Source of the DNA: Eledone cirrhosa
Taxonomy: Eukaryota
DNA: 64,000 nucleotides
Assembly: GCA_964016885.1 (NCBI GenBank)
Contig: OZ024752.1
Coordinates: forward strand, 8,928,001-8,992,000
Direction of reading: 5' to 3'
Position 1 is the stretch's first letter, and each line of letters opens with the position of its first letter. Of the stretch, positions 51,911-62,869 are shown in pieces. The translations under genes were made by a program, and so were the position numbers. Below the pieces are notes generated by a model. The model had not been told where the DNA came from. It did not search any database and worked only from the letters and a program-made list of their open reading frames with translations.

Positions 51911-53910
51911 TCCAAGTGCCTACCTCCACCCCGAGGTATCGGAAGGTTCCAGAAGGATCTACTCGCGGCAGAGGCATCCCGTTGATCCCCGGGGGAGCCT
52001 CTCTGTTCACCATGAAGGTTCGGGCCCGTGAGTCCAACGAGAACGTCGTACGCTTTGACACGTTTACCGCCATACTGACCTAGGCACGAAATTCCCACGG
52101 CCTCGACTCAGACATGCGCTCCAAGAGCGGGTCGGTCGCTATGTTAAATAAAATCGGGGAAAGCGCATCACACTGTCTAACCCCTCTCAAAATCGGAATG
52201 GGACCACTCCGAGCGAATCTCGAATCTGGTCGTCGCCCCCGTGTATAGGTTGGCCACCAGCTAAATGATGTGGGCGCAAAACCCCTTCCGCCGCATTCCC
52301 GCGGCCACCAACTGATGGGGAACGTATCGAAGGTCTTTGCGAGATCCAAGAAGGCAAGATCTAGACGACGCAGTCGTCGGGCTCCCTTCCGACTCTGCGC
52401 ACGCCTTATCAACTCTGGAATCATGAAAACGTTATCGCCGCATCCGTCTGCCTTAATAAACCCGCGCTGTGCCTGGCTAAGCGGGGTCGCCTGCAGAATA
52501 CGTCCCGCCAGCACCTTCGTGTACAGGCGATAAATCGCAGAGCAAATCGTCAGTGGCCTCCAGTCAGACAGATAGAGCGGATTCCTCCTGCTCTTCGGGA
52601 GAAGAATCGATCTACCAACTTTAAGCCCGGTCAGCACCTGACCCGCCAAAAGGAAACAATTGAACAGATTCACGAAGACCGGGACCGGCTGCACGAACCG
52701 CCCTCGGGGAGACTCCGTCAGGACCGGCCACCGAGCCGGGCTTCAGCCCCCGGAGAGCTGCGGTGACCTCCGAGACCGTTAACGGGCGCAACAGCGTGGG
52801 GTTCACCTCGGCCAGCGGGACAGGGCAGACGCCGCCCGTGCCCTCGCCCAGTATGAGCCTCAGAGGTTTCTTTCGGTCAACCTCATATAGTCTCTGGTGC
52901 TGGGAAAACCTGGCGTAGACGCGCGTCGACCCCTCTCGCCGGCCTCCTGAGCTCCGACGGCACTTCCTCCCCCATGCTGGGGCTTGCGCCTCGTACCCGA
53001 ACGGGAAGAACGGAGGGAGTCTATCCAAGCTTCCCACGAGTCTCCGCCAGCCCTCGTCCGAAACCCCGTCGGCGAAGTCCAAGTCGCACTCCGCAAACTC
53101 CACCGACCATGCCGAACGACTGGGGACTGCGGTCCCACCAAAACTTCCCCTCCAGGCCGCATCTACGGGGACGGCCATTTGGGAGCGGGGGCCGGGACCA
53201 TCGGGCCACTCGACCTGCCTTTCGCTGTCAGGTCTCGCCTCTTGTCACTTATTTGTTTCCGAGTCTTGCTGGGGAGAAAGGACTCGAGGGCGACATTAAC
53301 GAACCGCACACCCTCTCGTACCAGCTGTTGCCCCTTCGTTTCAAGGATTTTAATCTCAACCAGCATCCGTTTCTCTTCCCACGTGGCTCGGGCCCAGCCC
53401 ACACCAGAGCACGTTTCTCTCTTTTTCTCTAGTTCTTTCGCATAACTGGCAATTCGTCTAGCGTTCGATTCATCGGGGTGTCGATACCGTATGTGCTGCG
53501 ACACCCCGGACACCGTGGCAAAGAATTTACCACAGAAGCCGTACCCTCAGCTCTTGCGGGGGCAGCGGTGGCAGGAACGAGAACAGATCCCTGCGTGAAC
53601 CCTGATCGAGTGGAGGGCCCCGGCTCCACCTGCGCAGAAACGGCATCTGAAAAACAAGCGGTCTTCGTGCCGATCGATCTGGTGTTGGCCAAAAGAGGCC
53701 GGCGTTGAAAAACTGCGGGGGCAAAAGCGGCAGTGCAACAACGGGACCCGTTTCAGAATGAGCGTGTCCGATTCGGCGTCTCCGGGGTGGGGTCCTCCGC
53801 CAGGTTCCGTAGTTGAGGGTGAAGCGGTTACCCGTTCTGCTACGAACTACGATAGTAGGTAAAGTTTCAAATCCGGTGGGGACGGCAATCTTACTGTGGT
53901 GCAGACCCCA
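51911..53910 (-). mobile_element. R2-like (RLE) non-LTR retrotransposon fragment: zinc fingers, Myb-like domain and RT; frameshifted and 3'-truncated
   Basis: CRFC..F....GQH...H, CRFC...H...C, CGKFF....VSQHIRYRHP, WEEKRML, WRPLTICSAIYRL, QRGF, LAFLDLAKTFD, GVRQCDALSPILFN, FRYLG; GC-rich. Confidence 0.88.
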
Positions 53911-53914
53911 GCCG

Positions 53915-55720
53915 ATGTCGATAAACCGCTGAAATGTTTGTGCAGCGTTGCGCAGACCGAACTGCATTCGCAGGAATTCAAATAAACCGAACGGTGTCGT
54001 GATTGCGGTCTTCGGAACATCAGCAGGCTCCATAGGTATCTGGTTATATGCTCGTATCAAATCTATCTTGGAAAAGATGCGTGCGCCTTGCAGAGAGGCA
54101 GAAAAGTCGTGCAAGTGAGGTACAGGGTAATCATCGGGTACTGTAGAATTGTTGAGTGCACGATAATCCTCACATGGGCGCCAATCATTCTCTGTTTTCT
54201 TAGGAACAAGGTGTAGTGGTGCAGACCAGTTGCTGGAGGAAGAGCGAATGATTCCAAGATGCAGCATGTGTTGAAACTCCTGTTTGGCGATTCTCAGTCG
54301 GTCTGGAGGCAGTCTCCTTGCTCGGGCAGCTGTGGATGGTCCTCTCGTCTCGATATGATGTGTGACACTATGTTTAATAGGTCCATCCATAAATACTGGG
54401 CGAGTGATGTCTGGGTATTTTTGGAGAATGCAGTTCTGACTGGCAAATTACAGGGCTTACTGTGGATTGCGTGGTAAATATACCTCTCACAGTGAGGTTT
54501 GTGGTGGCGTCAATAAGCCTCCAGTTCTTCATGTCCAACAGAAGGTTGAAGTGGTGGAGAAAATCGGCTCTTAAGATAGGGGTCGGCAGGTCTGCCACGA
54601 CGAACACCCATTGAAAACGACGTCTCAGGCCTAAATTGAGGGTCAGTGATTTCTCCCCGAAAGTCTGAATTGACGATCGGTTCACTGCCTGCAAAAAGGA
54701 CGGTGTTGGATGTCTTTTGCCCGAGACTAGTGAAACAGGAATAAAGCTAACCTGGGCTCCTGTATCCTCGAGGTAACGGATGCCTGTTGCTTGGTCGTTG
54801 ATAAAAAACAGACGACTTTTCTTCTAAGTCCCAGGGATGAACGTCTTCGCTAGGCCCTGGTCTGCCCAGTTCCCTGGGTGGTATTCTGGAAAGAGCACGG
54901 GGCCTTGCACTTAGATGCCTGTGCGCCGAATTCTACGTGATACCAGCAAAGGTTGCCAGACACGATTTTGACTGGGACTACTGGATCTTCGATGGAGAAA
55001 GGGTCTGGATCGACTGTTGCTGCGCCGCCGGTGTAATCGAAAGGTCAGGTTTTCTAATTGATTTGAGAGGGCTTTAATTTGACCAGCCTGCTCTCTGATC
55101 ATAGCCTGCAGCTCTGAAGTCTCGGAGGTGGAGTCTGAGGACGCTGCGTAAGGGTTCGTCTGATGATCAACTTGAGCCACTGAGGCAAAAGGGTTTGACA
55201 CCTGAGCGATATTATCCGCGAAAATCGCCAGTTCTTCTGGGGTTGCTGACTCGTTAGTCGACGCCAGAATGCCCTGCATTGATAGGGGCAAGCGCAGTAT
55301 AAACAGCCGTTTCAGCACATCTTCTGAAAGCGGTTGGTCTTCCATCAGCTGTCTCATCTTTTGCAATAGTTGGGATGGTTTTCTGTCCCCCAATTCTTCT
55401 GCAGACACGAGTTGGTTGAGTCGTCTCTGCTGTGACGCGGTCGTTCGTTTTATCAATTCCTTGCGGAATGATTCATATGACGCGGTGTCATGACGAGGTC
55501 CCTCACCTCAGCTAAAACTTCTGGCGGGACAGACCCAATGATGTGGGTGAGCTTTGCAGAATCGCTCTTAATTCTATTAGCGGCGAACCACAGGGTTGGG
55601 TAGTTGGACCAAAAAAAAACAGGGACCTTCAACGTTAAAGCTGCTTGCGGGGTTGGTATCTTGGCCTCTGTCGTTGGTTGTGACATGTTCATGTTGGTTT
55701 CTTGTTAGGCTACTGTCTGG
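53915..55720 (-). mobile_element. Ty3/Gypsy internal fragment (gag, protease, RT N-half)
   Basis: gag ELGDRKPSQLL; protease EDTGAQVS; [48 protein letters not shown]. Confidence 0.95.
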
Positions 55721-55750
55721 TTCGTGTTCGAATCACGTCGGGGGTCACCA
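55719..55750 (-). other. Gypsy primer-binding site, tRNA-Trp
   Basis: Minus strand ...CTACA-AT-TGGTGACCCCCGACGTGATTCGAACACG, complementary to the tRNA-Trp 3' end; LTR remnant follows at 55753+. Confidence 0.85.
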
Positions 55751-56079
55751 ATTGTAGTGGAAAAGTAATATTATGCCTACATGGCATAATATTAATAAGA
55801 ATGAATATGTTATTGTTGTTATTTGTTATAGTGAGAGAGAGAGGCCAAGTTAGCCATAAAGTGAATGCTTGTTGAAGTAGTTGTAGTTCATTGTAGGCTT
55901 TGTAGAAAATATGTAGTGCCATGTAGAATTGCCTGAATTTACAGTACACAGGTACACCATACTCGAATCTAGGCATCTATTTTGCATGGGCACTTATTCA
56001 GTTGGTTGTAGTTACATTTGGAGATTTTTTTGTGTACAACCACTCCGTTGCGGTTTTGCATGTTGTGGGTGGGTTGAGA

Positions 56080-56300
56080 TTTAGGACTATTAGTGTTTTG
56101 TTGTGATGCACCCTGATGTGTATGTTGTATTTAGTGCTATCTGAACGGGTCCAATACTCATTGTTGAAGTTAATAAGAGTTCTTCTAGCTGTTAATATGA
56201 TATCAATTTCATCTGTGGTTAGATCCGTATGCTTATAAGTCAAAAGGAAACGAATGATAGTGGATGAATGAACAATACATCGTTTCTCTTTGTAGAAATA
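56080..56300 (-). mobile_element. Penelope-like RT fragment
   Basis: IDIILTARRTLINFNNEYW. Confidence 0.65.
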
Positions 56301-56704
56301 AATGACTCCAGAAGGGGGTGAACAGTTAAAAATCAACGATCCTTTATTAAATGCGACATTTAATAAATTATGTACAATGTCAATTCAAACATACCTTGTG
56401 GGTTAATAGAAGTAGTGTAATTATATTCTCCGGTGCAGGAATAACGAAAGAATAAGCGAATGCATATTAGTCGAGATATCGTGGCGTCCTTGATCCGAAG
56501 GAGGGCATTTTCACATAGTCCCTCACGAAGCCAGCATGGTCAATATTTTGAGGAGCAAATCCTTTCACGTCTGTTCATGTCCGCGGTACATGAGAAAGAG
56601 AGAGCAAACCCGCGTCTGTGACCGGATGTATCTTGCCTCCGCTCTCTGAAGAGTTGTTAAGGGGAGGCAACTGCTAGTTGCTAAGCGACCATCTCAGTCA
56701 CTAC

Positions 56705-57800
56705 AAGTCTATCATAGAACCTTATTTAGTAGGTTGGGTGTTATGGAAGAATAGTAGTTTATGTCCATCTGGATGAATTTATGGTTTTTCTTATCATCTA
56801 TATTCTTGTACCATTCTATGACTTCACTATGTATCTTTACACAAGCTCAAACTAGATCTCAATTTAAGAGCAGGTAGGATTCTATCGATGATGTTTTTAC
56901 TGATTACTCCAATATCCGATTTGGATGGAGCAATCAATCTAACTGGCATATCTTCCTCAAAGTTTCTTTTGTGATCCTTTAAGTTAATCCGCGGCGGCCT
57001 AGATATAAATGGCTCGGTTCTTCCTTCTATTCCTAAATTGGTAATTAATTTATAGGCATCCTCGTTAATTTCTGAAGATCTTCAGCCAGGGCTTTTTTAT
57101 AATTTTTCCTAAGTTCCTTTAAAATCAAGTTGTTATATTCATCTTTGTTTATCCCATATAAATTATTTGTTTTGTCGGATTTAACCAATATTTTGTTAAC
57201 TATTTTTATTTCCGTGATTTTTTCTTTTAGAGTTCTAAGGTATTGGTGACCTGTATATGGGTTTTTCCTAAATTTAATTTTTTTAAGCACACCGAGCATT
57301 TCAGTTTCAAAATCCTCCAGGAGTTGTATGGAGGATTCTTTCTTGATTTAAATAAAGATTCAAAATTATTGCTGTTGGTTTTCCTTTCAGCATCTTTATT
57401 TTCGAAATGAAATGCTCGCCATCTCATTCTTCTAATAAAAGAGTTTGTTTGTTCAATAGTTTTCCTCATGTATTCCTCATTTGAAGGTATTGGTACATCC
57501 TTGAGGGATGTCGGGAAGTTAAAGAAATCCATGTTTATTGAATATGCAATCTATTGTATAAAAAAGCGCTCAACCAATTGGGAGCAATATATATTAAAGA
57601 GTTAAACAAGATTCAATGAGTACATCAAAGAATGTGTTTTACAGTAGATTGGAAGCACTCTACAGTAAAAAATAATTTCCAGAGTTATTAATATTAAAAT
57701 ACAAATATTAATAAAATAGATGTTCTTGTGATCAATTAAATTTTATTATACACATTTCAGAGGTACAACAGTATGTCCTCATCAGATAAAATAAAATGAT
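56705..57800 (-). mobile_element. Penelope-like element 5' part (ATG at 57532) with an upstream hammerhead-bearing pLTR-like region
   Basis: SLKDVPIPS, FIRRMRWRA, KSDKTNNLY, LKDHK, FIQMDI..YYSSI; minus-strand TTTTAT-CTGATGA...GAAA-TGTG-TA-TAATAAAA at 57740-57797. Confidence 0.85.
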
Positions 57801-57844
57801 ACATGACATACCCTGAGATGTTAAATGGTTAAGATTTAATCAAG

Positions 57845-58025
57845 GTAGTGATTAATTTCCTAGATGTTACGTTTAACTTAAACTCTGGCTTTTATTACTC
57901 TTTTCATAAGCCCAATGAAAACTTAAACTATGTTAGTTACTGCTCCAATCACTCTAAATCTGTAAAAAAAGCTATAGTAAATAGTGTGCAAAAACGCATT
58001 AGTAGAATATCAGCCAATAAAGCAA
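57845..58025 (+). mobile_element. Penelope-like RT thumb fragment (inverted relative to neighbours)
   Basis: INFLDVTFNL...HKPN..LNYV...SNH...KRISRIS. Confidence 0.8.
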
Positions 58026-58086
58026 TATATATATATATACATTATATAAAGAATGAGGAATCAGTAATGCATCAAACCACAATTTA

Positions 58087-58380
58087 TTAACATATTACAT
58101 ATGTTTCTCCAGGAATCTTCTCCGCCAGTCGTTGGAAGAGGAAAATTCCCAGCAGATCCGTTGCTTGGGTGGAGTCGCTTGACTCCATCGTTATGTCAAA
58201 GCTATCGGGTCTATCGCCGTACCGTATTAATATCTTTCTCGCTGCTACAATATTGTCTACTTCTCTTCGTGTGAGGTGAGATTTGCCCATAGCGTTCATG
58301 AGGCCTTATTAACAATTACTGGGGATATGGGCGGTAATAATCCGCTATGTCCAACTGTAGGAATTTCACTTGATGTTTGT
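58087..58380 (-). mobile_element. Penelope-like RT fragment
   Basis: DSFDITMESSDSTQATDLLGIFL. Confidence 0.7.
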
Positions 58381-58449
58381 TACCTAATAGCGAGAACCAG
58401 TCTATCACTTCCATGGTGGAGCTCCATAAGCTAAGATAAAAAGAAACAC

Positions 58450-59335
58450 TCACAGCCCCAATAATATTTCAACAGAACCTGCTAGCGCTACTTCCTCCAC
58501 AAACCCGACACCCCCGGCTGCCACATCATTTCTGCCTGCAACTACCTTACCGAACTAATCTCTGCCTTCCTTGACTCTATCCTTGCCCCCCCCCCCTCTC
58601 ACTGCCCTCCCCTCCCGGATTTTCAACACCAACCCCACCTTTCACCTTTTTGACTTCCTCACCTTCCCACCTTGCCCAACGCCTCCTTTACACTTTAGAC
58701 ATTAAATCCCTCTATACGCCCCCCCCCCCCCCCCCCCCACTACTGTGACCTTCATCCCTCCACCCCCCCACTGAGCTGGTCTTCACCCATAGCTGCTTCT
58801 CCCCTCTCGGGTGAATTTTACCAGCGCGTCACCGGAGTGGCCATGGGCACAAGAATGGGCCCCAGCTTTTTCGTTGGCCACATTAAGGGCCAGATCTTTG
58901 TCCAATACACTGATCCCACCCGTGAACTATACGGTCGTTATATTGACGATTGTATTGGGGCCACCCAGGGGCAGCTTGACTCCTCTTTTTCTTCTGTTCC
59001 TTCCACCACCTCTGTCCAGTTCTTGTGGACATCATTGACCCCCTCCCACTGACCCCTCATCACCTCTGCAGGCCACTGACTCCCACTCTACCTCCTCCCA
59101 CTCCACTCACACCAGACATTCCATACCCTACTCCCAACTTCTCCGGATCCGCCGCCTTTGCAGCGGAGATTAGGATTTCGAGACCCAATGTCTTTCTCTG
59201 GTCTGTCATTTCACTTGGAGGGGTTAACTCCTCCCTTGTCCACCACACCACCACCCTCGCTCTCCTCCGCCACTGTCTCCCCCCTACCCCTCTACCGAAA
59301 CATCCTGCGTCTCTTCTGAAACCTCCAGCCTGACT
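58450..59335 (+). mobile_element. Decayed Penelope/Poseidon-type RT fragment
   Basis: TLDIKSLYT, YQRVTGVAMGTRMGPS, YGRYIDDC. Confidence 0.8.
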
Positions 59336-59514
59336 TATCCCCCCCCACCCCATAAGGCGCCTTATGGTGGGGTAGGTAGTGTTTATACCCTGGTCATTGG
59401 TAGTCAGTTGTTATAAATATATGAGAATAGAATAGAATACAAGTAGGGATCACTCACCTTTATTTTCTTCTCTATTCTTTAACAGTGATTTAATACTTAC
59501 TTCAATGGTGTCAT

Positions 59515-59697
59515 GGCCGACATCACAAGTGGACAGAATCACTGGCAGTGACAAGATGGCGTCTAATTATTTATATATATATATATCTACTATTAAACCC
59601 GAAACTATAAATCAATAGTTATATATTAGTTCTTGTAATCATCCGCCATCTTGTCACTGCCATCGGTTTTATACACTGTTGTCTCTTATCTGTCGGT
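59515..59697. mobile_element. Small MITE / inverted repeat
   Basis: Perfect arms TGGCAGTGACAAGATGGCG / CGCCATCTTGTCACTGCCA. Confidence 0.75.
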
Positions 59698-59759
59698 AAT
59701 CTAAAAATAAGTTAACAAGACGTATTTGAAATTTATGACACGTTTATTCAGATTAAATA

Positions 59760-60270
59760 CATAAATGTAAATCTCGGCCATGTTCGGTACAGAATTGCAT
59801 GTCTTTATCGAGGTCATAACAGCATTTGAAGTCGCTCTAGTTTGGTACGTGTTCCTTTTTTTCGAATGGGTCATCAGTATCGTAATCGTCTCTTAGTTCG
59901 TGGCAGTTGCCATCGAAGATTTCTTTCATTTCTTCTTCTGTATATGAGTTTGCTGGTGCAGCTTTCTTTTTATTTGGTGATTCTGTTTTGTCTATGTTGT
60001 TATTTCGTCTCTTTAGGGTTGTGTTCAAATCAATGTTGTTTTCGTTGTAATGTTGCTGGTAAGTTTAGTGGACATGTACGTATTGTTTTGGAAATCCTTA
60101 ATGTATTCCTGCCATATTACAAGCCACATTAGGGATTGAGTTCTTTCTGTCCCCATTTTTTTAATTGTGGCATCGAACGGGCTGTGTTGTACAAAAACAT
60201 TCGAGCTCTGAGGGCAGTTTCGTCCTGCATTACTCTATCCCATGGTTCGCTATTTCCAGTACTATTAAAG
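59760..60270 (-). pseudogene. Endogenous parvovirus/densovirus-like NS1 C-terminal remnant (end of the SF3 helicase)
   Basis: With two frameshifts reads LIV-TGNSEPWDRVMQDETALRARMFLYNTARSMPQLKKWGQKELNP-MWLVIWQEYI, resembling SF3 motif C, the Arg finger and the LxPxxW tail of densovirus NS1; by eye. Confidence 0.65.
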
Positions 60271-60399
60271 CAGAAAACTGTTTAAAACTATTGCATTATT
60301 TTAGTTCTTTTTTATTTTATATTTTGGAAATGTACACACGGTTTTTTTTTTTTTTTTTTCAATTTTTTCGGGGGCCCTAAGCTATAGCTTGTTTAGCTT

Positions 60400-60762
60400 A
60401 TACGTAAATCGCACTCTGAGGCATACATACATATATAAGCTTTTTTTTGTTTTGTGTGCGTCTGTTTTCATTTTGTCCTTAATTATAAGTTGTGATGTTG
60501 CTATTCCATTCATGTTTTCTATTTCATTTATGTTTATTGCCTCTGTGATTTGTCTAAACATTGCGTCTTTTCTGTGTACATACAATTTTTATCTCTGTTC
60601 TCTAATTTGCCCTTATGTTCTATTTTAGCATGTTGGTGGAATATTGATGACTCTATCTTGGAGTTCTCGCCAGTGTTCATTTAATCGTCCTCCTATGCGA
60701 CGAGCTGTCTCACCTATGTACACTATATTCTTATCTTTACATTGTCCCTCGGTACATCTTAT
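60400..60762 (-). mobile_element. Penelope GIY-YIG endonuclease fragment
   Basis: RCTEGQCKDKNIVYIGETARRIGGRLNEH ... RQITEAINI. Confidence 0.85.
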
Positions 60763-60798
60763 CTATGGGATCCTTTTTAGCGTCAAAAAGGGATTTGA

Positions 60799-62244
60799 GG
60801 TAGGTCTTCTTGTCTGGGATGGGAATGGACTTAAGTGAGATCCTGCAGTAAGTACTTCCAAAGCAGGAAAGTAAACGTCGTGCATGCTCTCATAGGCATG
60901 GATATTCAACAGCATTTGACCAGATTTCTATGGGATCCTTTTTAGCCTCAAAAAGGGATTTGAAGATACTATCTTCCCCCAACTCAAATAACTCGACTTG
61001 TAGTTCCGTAGGACCCTCGGATATATCTACTAAATGTGGTTCAAATACCAGTTTCATAGCAGGTGTGTATTTGTCAAAATCTGAAAATCTTTCAGTATAT
61101 TCTTCTATTAAAGAATCCAAGACACCTACATATCCATCAAATATTTTATTTTCACATTTCTGCTCATTCAACATTTTTGCTAGCTCCAGGAAGTGTTCTG
61201 CAGATATATCCGAGCGAGAGAGTAATGTTTTGAAAAATGTTAATTTTTTTTTTTGAAACGCTTGGATCTTTTGCCACATTTCATATATATGCTTTGTTTT
61301 ACCTTGCAAGCAAATATTTAAATTATTTTGTTTTGTCATGATATCAGACAAAAATGCAATGTTTCTGCAAAATGCTTCATCTGATAGATCACAAAGTTTT
61401 CCTTGTTCGTGATAAAAGTTTAAAATTTGTCGTCGTAAAGTTAAAACTTTTATCAAAACCTCTCCTGTTGATAGCCAGCGAACCTTGCAGTAGATCAACA
61501 CTGTATGTTTCCTCGTCTAAAGTTAGCATCTGCCTAAATTCACGATGATGCATTGCATTAACGCAAATATGGTTGACAATCGCAATTGCTCTATCCAGAG
61601 CGTCTTGCAAAATGCAGTGAAATGATATAAATTTTTTCAAGTTTAAGTTTTCCTATTTTAATAAAGCAATGAATCCTTTCATAGAGGGTGCGCCATCGGT
61701 GCAGACACTGACTAAATTACTGACATTTAATTGTAATCGATGACATACCTCTCTGAAGTTTTCGAAAATGTCAACTCCGCGAGTTCTTCCAGTTAGCATA
61801 CCCAGCGCAAGAAGTTCTTCGTAACACTGAACATCTTTAGTTACAGCACGAATAAAATATAAAACTTGCGACAAGTCAGTTTTATCAGTGCTTTCATCCA
61901 AAGCAATTGAAAAATAAACAATCTTCATTTTGTATTATTGTACAAAGTTGCTCTGTTACATTTTGAGCTAATTCGTGCTGTCGATCTGTTATAGTTCTTC
62001 TTGAAAGAGGCAATTGTTTGTATTTATCAACTTTTTCTGGATCTAACATACCCACTGCTTCAACAATACATTCTTTAATTATTTCTACGTCACTAAATGG
62101 TTTGCCTCTTTTTCCAAGTATATGTGCTATTTTGTAAGTAACATCAACGGCAGTGGATTATTCTTCACAAAAGGACTAAAAGACGTCTGTTGATAATGCC
62201 TTTCATTTTTCAATTTTTGAAGTGCAGCTTGTCGAGATTCACCT
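60799..62244 (-). mobile_element. hAT (Buster/SPIN/GTF2IRD2-like) transposase fragment, copy 1, no TIRs
   Basis: GKPFSD.E..K, LSRRTI, FSIALDESTD, VCTDGAPSM, FHCI, CKVRWLS; disrupted. Confidence 0.93.
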
Positions 62245-62869
62245 TCATAGCTTACAGATTATGCACTTCCTATCTATACAGAGAGGTCTTTGAAAAGGGT
62301 ATGTATTACTAATTACTGTTTTTATAGAGGTACCTGGTCTTTCCACTATCTTTATATTTAGTTTAAGTTTATCTAGGGCCCTTCTAAATTTGTAAGCTAG
62401 TTCACCTCTAGGGGTTGTATTGATGAACATTACACTCTGGTATTTATTGCTATCATACTATCAGTTTATTTTATTAACCTTATTCCTAGTTCTTTCTATT
62501 CTATTCCAAAATTTCCCCCTATACAAGGGGCAGGTCCCATTTGTATCATTATCTACCATTTTTTTCCATTTGGTTCTGGCTCCTCTATATACTCTGATTT
62601 TATCTCTGATTGTAACCAGAGAACTGCATATGGTGGATGAAGTGTTGTATGTGTCTCTCTAGTTCTTTGGGGTTGCACATGCGGGACACGTTTCTCATCA
62701 CCCGTACTAAATCCGTAATCAGTATGTTGATTTTGGTGTGATCCGAAACAGCTGAGTTTCGGTAGATCAGGTATTTGGAAGTCATGGGTTTGGCATAATG
62801 GGAATGCAGGATTTGTTTTTTGTTATTAATGGTTTCTAACCAGAGCTCTGTCTAGTACAGGTAATCGAT
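62245..62869 (-). mobile_element. Penelope-like thumb/linker fragment
   Basis: YAKPMTSKYLI..NSA, DLVRVMRN, MQFSGY, IVERPG, C..C knuckle. Confidence 0.85.

Noticed and set aside
53527-54390. Functional 287-aa RT fusion protein
   Set aside because: A chance read-through from truncated Gypsy RT (no YxDD) into an out-of-frame R2 fragment.
59515-59697. Parvoviral terminal hairpin next to the NS1 remnant
   Set aside because: Short arms around an AT-rich/(TA)n spacer look like a MITE; no T- or Y-shaped hairpin is evident.
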